A stretch of DNA of 64,000 nucleotides from NCBI GenBank assembly GCA_040004085.1, contig JBDUBN010000001.1, forward strand, positions 555-64,554, given 5' to 3'. The number at the start of each line of letters is the position of its first letter. Position 1 is the stretch's first letter. This stretch comes from Novosphingobium sp. GTDB taxonomy: Bacteria > Pseudomonadota > Alphaproteobacteria > Sphingomonadales > Sphingomonadaceae. Below the pieces are notes generated by a model. It searched no databases, was not told the DNA's origin, and worked only from the letters and a program-made list of their open reading frames with translations. Made by a program: the position numbers and the translations under genes. Positions 19,078-28,198 of the stretch are shown here, piece after piece.

Positions 19078-21433
19078 GACCGTACAGAATTTGGCCGCGT
19101 TGCGGCGGGAGAACGACTATGTGCCGTATCTCCCCTATCTTCGGCATGCCTCGGACGAAGTCATCGTCATGCCCAATGGGTGCGGGATGCGGATGTTCGA
19201 GCTGCAGGGCCGTTCGTTCGAGACGAACGACTGGAACGAGCTGGTTGCCTGGCACAACAAGCTCAATATCGCGATCCGGCAGATTGGTGACGACCGCTTT
19301 TCGATGTGGACGCATATCGTCCGCCGGCCGATCAAGCCTTACCGGGCCGATGGCTTCCGCAGCGAGTTTGCTCGCGCGCTGGACCAGAAATATTACGACA
19401 AGCTCGTCGGCACGACATTTTACGAGAACCGCTTCTATGTGACGATCATCGTCAAGCCGGTCGATATGATGTCGACAGTGCTTGGCAAATGGTTCTCAGG
19501 CGACACCGAAACTGACGAGCTTAATGCGCGCGATCTCGCGCTGCTCGACAGCAAGTGCCTCGATTTCGCAACGGCGATGCAGGACTGCGCGCCGATCATT
19601 CTCAAGGCCTATGAGCACAATGGCGTGATGTTCTCAGCGCCACTCGAAGTGCTGCATTACGTCATAACGGGTGACGATCTCAGAATCCCGATCGTCGATG
19701 GCCCGATCGGCCAGGCCATGTACTCAAGCCGGATCATCTTCGGCAAGGAAACGGTCGAAGTCCGCCTGCCCCATAAGACGCATTATGCCGCCATGTTTGG
19801 CATCCGCGACTATGTGGTCGAGACGCGTACCGGGCAGTTCAACTCGCTGCTCGGCCTCGATATGCCCTTCGTGCTGACCCAGAGCTTCACCTCCCAGGTG
19901 AAGGGGCAGGCGATGGACAAGCTGGCGAAAAAGCAGCGCCAGTTTGAATCCTCGGAGGACGCAGGCATCAGCCAGGCCGAGGCTCTGACCGCGGCAATGG
20001 ACCAGCTCATGGGCAATGAGTTCGTGATGGGCGACCATCATTGGTCGCTGATGGTGATGGACAGCGATCCGCAGCGCCTTCTTCACCGGATCAGCGTAGC
20101 GCGCAGCGCCGCGGCAGACACCGGCATGGTCATCGCGCGCGAGTCACTCGCTCTGGAAGCGTCATTCTGGGCGCAACTGCCGGGCAATTGGCAGATGCGC
20201 GCACGGCCCGCGATGATAAAATCGACAAACTTCGCTGCCCTCTCGCCCTTCTATACCTATCCCTCGGGCAAGGCTGACGGCAATTGGTGGGGTGAGGCGG
20301 TCGCCCTGCTCAAGACCAATGCCGCCGGCTCTTTCTGGTTCAACTTCCACGTCGGCGATCTCGGGCACACCCTTATCATCGGGCCGTCGGGTGGCGGTAA
20401 GACCGTGCTCCAGAACTTCCTGCAAGCGCAGCTCGAAAAGCTCGATACGACGCAGGTCTTTATCGACAAGGATCGAGGTGCGGAGATTTTCGTGCGCGCA
20501 TCTGGCGGCACCTATCTCCCCTTGCAGAACGGCAAGCCAACAGGCTTCGCGCCGTTCAAGGCTGCGTCCAATGCGCCGCACGATGTCGCATTCCTGAGCG
20601 CGTTCGTGCGGGTGCTGGTCCGCGATGAACGGTATCCGCTGACTGTCGATGACGAGCGGCGTATCGACGAAGGCGTCGATGCCATGTTGCGGCTTCCATC
20701 GGGGCAGCGCTCGCTCTCCGAATTTCGCGCGCTACTCGGCTTTCGTGATGCCGAAGGCATCGGCAGTCGGCTCGAGAAATGGTGCGCAAGTGGCGCACTG
20801 GGCTGGGTTTTCGACAATGAGGATGACCGGCTGAAACTCGATACCCGCTTCATGGGTTTCGACATGACGGACTTTCTGGACAATCCTGAAATCCGCACGC
20901 CGCTGATGATGTATCTCTTCCACCGCATCGAGGCGTTGCTCGATGGGCGGCGTCTCGTTCTCGACATTGACGAGTTCTGGAAGGCGCTGGGCGATGACAC
21001 GTTCAAGGCGTTCGCCAATGACGGCCTGAAGACCTTCCGCAAGCTGAACGCGATGCTGGTGTTCGGTACGCAATCGCCAGCGGACGCGCTCAGGAGCGAT
21101 ATCAGCCATTCGATCATCGAACAGACTGCGACCAAGATCCTCCTGCCCAATCCGTTCGCGCGAGAGGAGGAATACCGCAAGGGACTCGGCCTCACCGAAG
21201 TCGAATTCAAGCTCATCAAGCGCGACCTGTCGCCCGAGAGCCGCGCCTTCCTCATTAAGCAGGGCAACACTTCGGTCGTCGCCCGCCTCGACATGAGCGG
21301 CATGGACGACGAGCTGGCAGTGCTGTCGGGCCGCGCCGAGACGGTCATTGCCATGGAACGCGCGATAGCGCGGACCAGTGACGATCCTGCGCATTGGCTG
21401 CCAGCATTTCACGAAGAGAGGAAGCGCCGGTGA
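19034..21433 (+). CDS. virB4: VirB4 ATPase (alternative start GTG 19058)
   Basis: FWAQLPGN, GHTLIIGPSGGGKT, DKDRG, IDEFW, RKLN, TQSP. Confidence 0.95.
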   Translation: MPNAKASDVWKRQSKTVQNLAALRRENDYVPYLPYLRHASDEVIVMPNGCGMRMFELQGRSFETNDWNELVAWHNKLNIAIRQIGDDRFSMWTHIVRRPIKPYRADGFRSEFARALDQKYYDKLVGTTFYENRFYVTIIVKPVDMMSTVLGKWFSGDTETDELNARDLALLDSKCLDFATAMQDCAPIILKAYEHNGVMFSAPLEVLHYVITGDDLRIPIVDGPIGQAMYSSRIIFGKETVEVRLPHKTHYAAMFGIRDYVVETRTGQFNSLLGLDMPFVLTQSFTSQVKGQAMDKLAKKQRQFESSEDAGISQAEALTAAMDQLMGNEFVMGDHHWSLMVMDSDPQRLLHRISVARSAAADTGMVIARESLALEASFWAQLPGNWQMRARPAMIKSTNFAALSPFYTYPSGKADGNWWGEAVALLKTNAAGSFWFNFHVGDLGHTLIIGPSGGGKTVLQNFLQAQLEKLDTTQVFIDKDRGAEIFVRASGGTYLPLQNGKPTGFAPFKAASNAPHDVAFLSAFVRVLVRDERYPLTVDDERRIDEGVDAMLRLPSGQRSLSEFRALLGFRDAEGIGSRLEKWCASGALGWVFDNEDDRLKLDTRFMGFDMTDFLDNPEIRTPLMMYLFHRIEALLDGRRLVLDIDEFWKALGDDTFKAFANDGLKTFRKLNAMLVFGTQSPADALRSDISHSIIEQTATKILLPNPFAREEEYRKGLGLTEVEFKLIKRDLSPESRAFLIKQGNTSVVARLDMSGMDDELAVLSGRAETVIAMERAIARTSDDPAHWLPAFHEERKRR

Positions 21434-21873
21434 TGGCGCACGAAGCCCCCTGGTCAGTTCGCGCGGCTGCCTGCGTGATCGGCGCCGTCGATCATGTTGT
21501 CCTCGCCGTGATGAGCGCGTTGCAGGCCATGGGCGAGCGCCAGTCGATAGATCAGAGCAAGCCGCCTCTCGCGGCGTTCAGGAAAGCAACGGCCGTGGGT
21601 GCCAAGGGCGCCAAATGGACGGTCGCGGGTGTGATCGGCCTCGGTGTCCTTTTCATGGTCGGTGCGGCCATCTTCATGCCGCGCGTCAAGCCGGAACCGA
21701 ATGCTCGCCGGGCTACACCCGCATCAGCAACAACAGTGGTCGCAGACAGCGACCGTGGCGTGATCGGACGGCAGTGCCGCGCCGGTGCGTATCGGGGATT
21801 CCCCGAAATTGAAAAGGCCGAATGCGCTGGTCGGCCACCAGTTTCCCCGGCGCCCAAAGGAGACGCAAAATGA
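21433..21873 (+). CDS. Hypothetical single-pass membrane protein within the virB operon
   Basis: Translationally coupled to virB4 (TGATG) and virB5 (ATGA); TM segment WTVAGVIGLGVLFMVGAAIF. Confidence 0.6.
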   Translation: MAHEAPWSVRAAACVIGAVDHVVLAVMSALQAMGERQSIDQSKPPLAAFRKATAVGAKGAKWTVAGVIGLGVLFMVGAAIFMPRVKPEPNARRATPASATTVVADSDRGVIGRQCRAGAYRGFPEIEKAECAGRPPVSPAPKGDAK

Positions 21874-22622
21874 AGAAGGCCCTGTTTCTTGCAGCGGTGA
21901 TGACGATCTGCGTGCCGGCAACGGCCGGGGCGCAGGGCATCGCTGTTTATGACAATAGCAGCACGCTCCAGCTCATCAGCCAGGTGAAGAACACCCTGCA
22001 ACAGATCCAGCAGGGCGAGCAGATGATCAATCAGGCGACGCAGACGTATCAATCGTTCGCCAAGCTCACCAACACGGCCAATTTCGCGAACATCCTCAAC
22101 AATGCGAACGTCAATCAGCTCTTGCCAAGCGGCGTGACGGACGTGGTGACGCTCGCTCGTTCCGACTATAGTGCGCTGGGTAATTTCGGCTCGGCCGCCC
22201 AGGGGCTGAGCAACGGCTATTCGATCCAGACAAACCTTGGCCAGGGCGGCACACTCGATGGCACGGTGTCGTCAGCATACGGCCGCTTTCTCCAGTCGAT
22301 CAATCAGGGGCCGTCAGTCGCGGCCACACTGGGCTATAATGTCAGCAACCAGGCCAAGCAGGTCGATGCAGGCCTTGATGAGCTGCGTCAGGACATCAGT
22401 ACCGCGCAAGACCCCAAGGACTCGATGGACCTCGCCGCGCGCGCCACCATCGAGAACGCGAAAATCAACAACCGCCTGCTGCAATTGATGGGGATGCAGC
22501 AATATTACAACGCGAACGAACGCATGCGCTACAACGCGTATCGGCTGAGCAACACGGCCGCGCGGATGAGCGCGATCGACACCAAGTTGCAGACCAGTTC
22601 TACTCAGTGGACGGGTTACTGA
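21870..22622 (+). CDS. virB5: VirB5 minor pilin
   Basis: Signal peptide, QGIAVYD, Gln-rich helices, AQDPKDSMDLAAR. Confidence 0.9.
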   Translation: MKKALFLAAVMTICVPATAGAQGIAVYDNSSTLQLISQVKNTLQQIQQGEQMINQATQTYQSFAKLTNTANFANILNNANVNQLLPSGVTDVVTLARSDYSALGNFGSAAQGLSNGYSIQTNLGQGGTLDGTVSSAYGRFLQSINQGPSVAATLGYNVSNQAKQVDAGLDELRQDISTAQDPKDSMDLAARATIENAKINNRLLQLMGMQQYYNANERMRYNAYRLSNTAARMSAIDTKLQTSSTQWTGY

Positions 22623-22624
22623 CC

Positions 22625-22894
22625 GTGAAAAGGGCCGCCGTCCTGGGTGCGGCGTTGGGACTGGCTGCGTGCAACACGCAGCCAGCAACCCCGCCTGGGC
22701 CTCGTATCCCCAACATCACCATCGCGATGCTGGACAAGGACCCATCGCTCTATCCGAAATATCAGCCGCTCTGCATTTCGCTCAACGCGAGCAGCACGCT
22801 GACCAAGCTCGAGGATCTGCGCTGCGTCTCGCTGACCGCGCAGGCCCGCCTCTACCTGACCATGCACGATCTCAAGCGCTGGCCGGGCAAGTGA
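22625..22894 (+). CDS. Small lipoprotein, probable entry-exclusion protein
   Basis: Lipobox LAAC; position between virB5 and virB6, as for eex in IncN/IncW systems; two further Cys. Confidence 0.55.
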   Translation: MKRAAVLGAALGLAACNTQPATPPGPRIPNITIAMLDKDPSLYPKYQPLCISLNASSTLTKLEDLRCVSLTAQARLYLTMHDLKRWPGK

Positions 22895-22923
22895 CCATCG
22901 TTCCTCTCAGAAAGCATTGAACC

Positions 22924-23973
22924 ATGGCCGCCGGGGTCTTCGAGTCGCTCTACAATGCCTATGCCGGCACACTCGCATCGGTGACGAGCACCTATGTCGG
23001 CCAGTGGACGCCGATCGCCACGACCGCATTTGCCGCAAGCGGCGCACTTTATTTTATTCTGCTCGGATTTCTCGTCTTTCGCGGTGCCGTCGCCCGTCCA
23101 CTCGCCGAGGTGGCAGTGAGCGCAACCAAGTTCGCGTTGATGATCGCATGTCTTGGGTCGCTGGGTTTTGTCGGCCAGGCCGTCACCACGCTGAACCAGC
23201 TCGGTCCTAGCCTTGCCGGCGCATCGACGGGTTCGAATGTCGGACAGGCGATGGACGAATATTTCGCCGGAGTCTGGAAGATCCAGAAGGCGATGGAATT
23301 GCGCGAATCCCAGCGTGCGGCCAATGCCAGCGCCAGCGGACAGGATCAGGGCGTCGTCGCCAGCGTAGTCACCTCCCTCACCGGCGTCGACATCGATCAG
23401 GCCATCGAGAAGATCGAGGACTTCCTCGCGTTGATCATGGCAGTGGTATGCGCCGGAATCTCGGCTGCGGTCGGCTTCTGCGTGTTGTTCTTCGCCCAGA
23501 TCGCGCTCGACATCGTCTTATGTTTTACGCCGATTGCGATTGCCTGCGTGTTCTGGCCGCAGACCCGGTGGTTCTTTCAGGGCTGGCTTAGCCAGGCGAT
23601 CAACTACGTCATTCTCTATATCGTGCTGATCATCATGACGAAGATGATCGTCGATGCGAACATCGCCACGGTGAATATGTTCCTCGGCACGAGCGCCGAT
23701 CTGGTCGCCGCTTCAGCTTCATCGCCCGGCCTCATCGCAACCGAGTTTCTGACCGAAGCAATCGAAATCATGCTGGTCTATCTGGTCGGGACATTCCTGT
23801 TCTTCCAGGCACCGGCGATTGCATCGGGCCTCGCTGGCGGCGCGGCCTCAGGTGGTCACACCTTCATGGCGTTGGCCGCCAATCAAGTCATGAACCGCGC
23901 GGGCGGCAGAATGGGCGGCGCCGGCCGCGCAGCGGCGGCCGCATCGCGCGGTGGTTCCATTTCGAGGGGATAG
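22924..23973 (+). CDS. virB6: VirB6
   Basis: Polytopic membrane protein; TRWFFQGWLSQ and QAPAIASGLAGG motifs. Confidence 0.9.
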   Translation: MAAGVFESLYNAYAGTLASVTSTYVGQWTPIATTAFAASGALYFILLGFLVFRGAVARPLAEVAVSATKFALMIACLGSLGFVGQAVTTLNQLGPSLAGASTGSNVGQAMDEYFAGVWKIQKAMELRESQRAANASASGQDQGVVASVVTSLTGVDIDQAIEKIEDFLALIMAVVCAGISAAVGFCVLFFAQIALDIVLCFTPIAIACVFWPQTRWFFQGWLSQAINYVILYIVLIIMTKMIVDANIATVNMFLGTSADLVAASASSPGLIATEFLTEAIEIMLVYLVGTFLFFQAPAIASGLAGGAASGGHTFMALAANQVMNRAGGRMGGAGRAAAAASRGGSISRG

Positions 23974-23974
23974 G

Positions 23975-24304
23975 ATGTTGCGCATACCAACTGGGACAGT
24001 TTTGGCGCTGGTCGCGGCCGGCATGGGTTTGAGCGGGTGTGCGCCACAGCTCAAAAAGCTGAGCACCTGCACTTCGGGCCATTATCGCTATGCAAACCCG
24101 AACGGCACGACGCTGCCCTCACTCGCGGTCCCCTCCCCCGACGATCTGAACGGGCCGCCACCTGTGCCTGCAGTGACCCCCACACCGGCACCTGCGCACG
24201 GAGGAGGCAAGGCCCGACACGGCACACGCGCGCCGGTGGCCTCGCCGCCGAGGCGCGGAGCGATGCTGCTCCCCTCACCCGCATCTTCGTTTCGGAGCTG
24301 CTGA
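23975..24304 (+). CDS. virB7: VirB7-like lipoprotein with Pro-rich extension
   Basis: Lipobox LSGC, C...RYANP; position between virB6 and virB8. Confidence 0.6.
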   Translation: MLRIPTGTVLALVAAGMGLSGCAPQLKKLSTCTSGHYRYANPNGTTLPSLAVPSPDDLNGPPPVPAVTPTPAPAHGGGKARHGTRAPVASPPRRGAMLLPSPASSFRSC

Positions 24305-24307
24305 GCG

Positions 24308-24985
24308 ATGCGCGAATATTCCAGGAAGGAAATGGAGCAGTTGTCGGCCGCAGGCCGCGACTGGCAGCGCAATGACATCTTGCGCGCGAAATGGAGTTCG
24401 CGCTTCGCCTGGGCGCTCGCCATCGTCATGACCATCGTGGCGATCGTCGCGGTCGGTGCGGTCGCCATGCTGGCACCGCTCAAGAAGGTCGTGCCCTATG
24501 TGATCCAGGTCGATCGAGCGACCGGCAATACCGCCGTTATCACCGCGATGAGCGGCACCAATCCGGCAACTTATGGTGCCAGCCTCAAGCGCCACATGAT
24601 CGCGCAATATGTGAGCAATCGCGAAGGCTGGGTGCCGCTCGCGGAGAATGAGATGGTCCACGCGGTCAATCTTCTATCCAGCACCGAGGAAGCGCAGCGG
24701 TTCAATCAGTGGTTCGTCGCGACCAACCCATCGAGCCCGCAAAAGTCGTTCGCCGATATTCCCTTCGTTAAAATCGAAATCCGCTCGATCAGCTTCATCA
24801 ACGATAGCGTCGCGCAGGTACGTTACACGCAGACCGTTTATGAGCACACCGGGCCGGCGCAGGTCGGCCGCTATATCGCCACTTTGACCTATCGGATTAC
24901 CAGCAAGCCGCCGCTCGATGCGGATTTGCAGGTCAATCCGGTCGGCTTTGAAGTGACCAATTACCAGACATCGCCGGAGAACTGA
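24308..24985 (+). CDS. virB8: VirB8
   Basis: TM segment then LAPLKKVVPYVIQVDRATG, YVSNREG, NPVGFEVTNY. Confidence 0.92.
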   Translation: MREYSRKEMEQLSAAGRDWQRNDILRAKWSSRFAWALAIVMTIVAIVAVGAVAMLAPLKKVVPYVIQVDRATGNTAVITAMSGTNPATYGASLKRHMIAQYVSNREGWVPLAENEMVHAVNLLSSTEEAQRFNQWFVATNPSSPQKSFADIPFVKIEIRSISFINDSVAQVRYTQTVYEHTGPAQVGRYIATLTYRITSKPPLDADLQVNPVGFEVTNYQTSPEN

Positions 24986-24986
24986 T

Positions 24987-25913
24987 ATGCGTACCGCACT
25001 CCTCGCGCTCGCGCTGGTCCTGCCGTCGACAGGGGCCTGGGCCGACGCGGTTCCTGTCGGCGGCAAGGCTGACTCGCGCGTCCGTTTCGTCGAATATAAC
25101 CCCAATCAGGTTTACACGATCTATGGCCGCTTCCGGCACGCGCTGGAAATCGAGTTCAGTCCCGGCGAGACGATTACCCAGGCCGCCCTGGGCGATACGA
25201 TCTCATGGGAAATCGCGCCCATCGGCAACATCATCTTCCTGAAGCCGCGCGAATCCGGCCGATCAACAAATCTGATCGTGCTGACCAACTACAGGGGCCA
25301 GACGCGCAGCTACCGTTTCCAGCTCGTCATGAATGGCGGGCCGCCGATGTATTCGATCAAGTTTCGCTACAGCGGCGAAGAGGCCAGTCGCAGCCGCGAT
25401 GCAGCGCTCTATGCCCAGATACAGGCAGGCCGCGATGCCGAGGCCGGTGTGGTGAAAGCCGCGCTCGACCAGGCCGTCGTCGAGGGCAAACGCAACCTCG
25501 ATTACTGGTTTCGGGGCGACAGCCAGCTCGAGCCGAGCGAGGTTTCGGACAATGGCGAATTCACCGTCATGCGCTTTCCCGGCCATCAGGAAATCCCGGC
25601 CATCTTCGGCGTCAATCAGGACGGAGCCGAGGCGATCATCGATTACGATGTCCGTGAGGATTATGTCGTGATTCACGGCATCTACAAGGAGATGCGGCTG
25701 CGCAAGGGTAAGTCCGTCCTCTGCGTCACCAACGGAGCGCCGCCCGCCAAGGGCCGTCTTGATCGCACCGGAACCGTCTCACCGATTATCGAGCGCACAG
25801 TCAAACCTGGCCTGCGCGCTCCTGACGGCAGCGCCATCACGCCGCAGACCGGCCAAGGGCAGCGCCTGCCCGCTTCGCCGCCGCAACCGCAATCCGCGCC
25901 GGAGGAGCAGTGA
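24987..25913 (+). CDS. virB9: VirB9
   Basis: DSRVRFVEYNPNQV, FLKP, TNLIVLT, PSEVSDNGEFT. Confidence 0.92.
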   Translation: MRTALLALALVLPSTGAWADAVPVGGKADSRVRFVEYNPNQVYTIYGRFRHALEIEFSPGETITQAALGDTISWEIAPIGNIIFLKPRESGRSTNLIVLTNYRGQTRSYRFQLVMNGGPPMYSIKFRYSGEEASRSRDAALYAQIQAGRDAEAGVVKAALDQAVVEGKRNLDYWFRGDSQLEPSEVSDNGEFTVMRFPGHQEIPAIFGVNQDGAEAIIDYDVREDYVVIHGIYKEMRLRKGKSVLCVTNGAPPAKGRLDRTGTVSPIIERTVKPGLRAPDGSAITPQTGQGQRLPASPPQPQSAPEEQ

Positions 25914-27163
25914 CAATGAGCGAGGAAGTGATGTCGGTCCCAGGCGACCGGGATGCCGTCGGCGCTGACGCCGCGCTCGCGCGCTCGCGCGGGACCGTAA
26001 ACCGCAAGATCATGCCAGTGCTGTTCGGCGCGGGTATCGTAGGAGGCGGCATCATTACGACGCTGTTGATCCTGTCGGCCCATGCGATGATCTGGCCCGC
26101 GCAGAAAGAGCCTGAGCAGAAGGCGGGCACCGCCAGAACCGTCTCTGAACAACAGGCAATGCAGCAGGATGCCGCGTTCAAGGCGCTGAATGGCGGGATC
26201 GGACATGCCTCAGGGCAACCACTGACGCCGGGACAGACCGCACTGGCGGGCGGTCAGCCGGTCAACACCTTTGGCAATCCGCAAGCGCCGGTGCCGACTG
26301 GCGGCGCCGGGACGCCCAAGCTCAGCCGTGCGCAACAGCTCGCTATCGCCTCCCAGCGGGCGCCGATTATGGGATATGCTGGCGGCCTGGGCGGCGGCTT
26401 TACGCCGCAGGGACAGAATGGCGGCGCACCGCAGATGGGCGCGCCCATGCCCGGGCCGCTTGTCGGTGGTCAGGGCGGGCCGCAGGGTGCGGGCGGCTTC
26501 GTCACGGCCCCGGTCAGCGCTTCGGGCGATCTGGGAGGCCAACTCACCCGCAGCAAGATCGAGGTCGCGCGCGCCACCATCATCGGCGACCGCAATTTCC
26601 TCGTTGCTGCCGGCCGAACCATCCCCTGCACGCTGCAAACCGCGATCAATTCGACCCAAGCCGGAATTGTGTCCTGCATCATTGGTCAGGACATCTATTC
26701 CGAAAACGGCCGCGTGGTGATGCTCGACAAAGGCACCAAAGTTCTCGGCCAGTATACAGGCGGCGTGCGGCAGGGTCAGGCGCGTCTGTTCGTGGTCTGG
26801 ACGCGGGCACTGACACCGCGCGGAGTTGCAATCGATCTCGGATCACCGGCGAGCGATGAGCTTGGCCGTGCCGGTATTGGTGGCGGCGTCGATACCCAGT
26901 TCTGGCAGCGCTTTGGCGCGGCACTAATGTTCTCGGTGCTTGAGGATGCGGCCTCGGTCGCGTCGACCCATTTTGCGGGTATCGGGACCAATTCAACCCA
27001 GGTGCCGGCGAACACCGCCTCGGCCGCCCTCAATGGCTCACAGAATGTGCAGCCGATCCTCAAGGCCAATCAGGGCCAAACCGTCGCGATCCAGGTCGCG
27101 CGGGATTACGACTTTGGCACCGTCTATGATGTGCGGATCAAGCAGCCGCAGGCGGGCCGTTGA
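25910..27163 (+). CDS. virB10: VirB10
   Basis: TM segment, Pro/Gly linker, GRTIPCTLQTAINS, DELGRAG, VDTQFWQRFGAA, VARDYDF. Confidence 0.93.
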   Translation: MTMSEEVMSVPGDRDAVGADAALARSRGTVNRKIMPVLFGAGIVGGGIITTLLILSAHAMIWPAQKEPEQKAGTARTVSEQQAMQQDAAFKALNGGIGHASGQPLTPGQTALAGGQPVNTFGNPQAPVPTGGAGTPKLSRAQQLAIASQRAPIMGYAGGLGGGFTPQGQNGGAPQMGAPMPGPLVGGQGGPQGAGGFVTAPVSASGDLGGQLTRSKIEVARATIIGDRNFLVAAGRTIPCTLQTAINSTQAGIVSCIIGQDIYSENGRVVMLDKGTKVLGQYTGGVRQGQARLFVVWTRALTPRGVAIDLGSPASDELGRAGIGGGVDTQFWQRFGAALMFSVLEDAASVASTHFAGIGTNSTQVPANTASAALNGSQNVQPILKANQGQTVAIQVARDYDFGTVYDVRIKQPQAGR

Positions 27164-28198
27164 ATGGCGGCGGTCGGCGAGAGGACGTTCGACGCCTTCT
27201 TTGCGCCGATCGCACCCCATTATGAACGCAAGGATGTCACCGAGGTCGTCGTCAACGCAATCGGCGAGATCGGCATCGAAACACCCAATGGCTGGGAGTG
27301 GATAGAGACGCCCGAGCTTGATTATCGCGCGCTGCGTACTCTCTGCGATCTGATCGCAGGTTTTACGAAGCAGGACGTCAGCGAGGAAATGCCGGTCGTA
27401 TCGTCGGTTCTGCCCGACGGTGCCCGCGTCCAGTGCGTCATCCCGCCAGCGGTGCCCACGGGCACGGTGTCGATCACCATCCGCAAGGCATCCTCGATCG
27501 CCATGTCGATGGAAGATCTCGAACAGGGCGGATTGTTCGAGAGGACGGCGCCGCGTGAGGCGAGCCCGACCGACGACGAACTGCTGGCGCTGTATCGGGA
27601 CAAGGATTGGCCGCGGTTTCTCAAGCGAGCGGTCGAGGAGAGGAAAAACATCCTGATTTCGGGCGCGACGGGCAGCGGCAAGACCAGCCTGTCGAAGGCA
27701 CTTATCAAACTCATTCCCGATTATGAGCGCATCCTCACGATCGAAGACACGCGCGAGCTGGTCGTGCCGCAGCGCAACTGCGTTCACATGACCTATTCCA
27801 AGGACGGAAATTCACGGCTGAAGATCGGCGCGAAGGAGTTGCTCGAATCCTCGCTGCGGATGCGGCCTGATCGTATCCTGCTGCAGGAGCTGCGCGACGG
27901 CACTGCCTTTTTCTATCTGCGCAACGTCAATTCGGGGCATCCGGGATCGATCACCACGGTCCATGCAAACTCGGCCGAAGGGGCGCTCGAACAGCTCACG
28001 TTGCTGGTCAAGGAGAGCGAAGGCGGCAACGATCTCGCGCGTGATGACATCCGCGCCTTGCTCCGGTCGCTGGTCGATATTGTCATCCAGATGAAGCGCT
28101 TTCCGCCGCTCGACGGCGAGAGCGCAAAATATCGGATGACGGAGGTGTGGTTCAGGCCAGCGGAGAGCGAAGATGGGCGGAGTGTGGGGGCGCTATAG
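27164..28198 (+). CDS. virB11: VirB11 ATPase
   Basis: SGATGSGKT, TIEDTRE, LRMRPDRI, SGHPGSITTVHA. Confidence 0.95.
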   Translation: MAAVGERTFDAFFAPIAPHYERKDVTEVVVNAIGEIGIETPNGWEWIETPELDYRALRTLCDLIAGFTKQDVSEEMPVVSSVLPDGARVQCVIPPAVPTGTVSITIRKASSIAMSMEDLEQGGLFERTAPREASPTDDELLALYRDKDWPRFLKRAVEERKNILISGATGSGKTSLSKALIKLIPDYERILTIEDTRELVVPQRNCVHMTYSKDGNSRLKIGAKELLESSLRMRPDRILLQELRDGTAFFYLRNVNSGHPGSITTVHANSAEGALEQLTLLVKESEGGNDLARDDIRALLRSLVDIVIQMKRFPPLDGESAKYRMTEVWFRPAESEDGRSVGAL

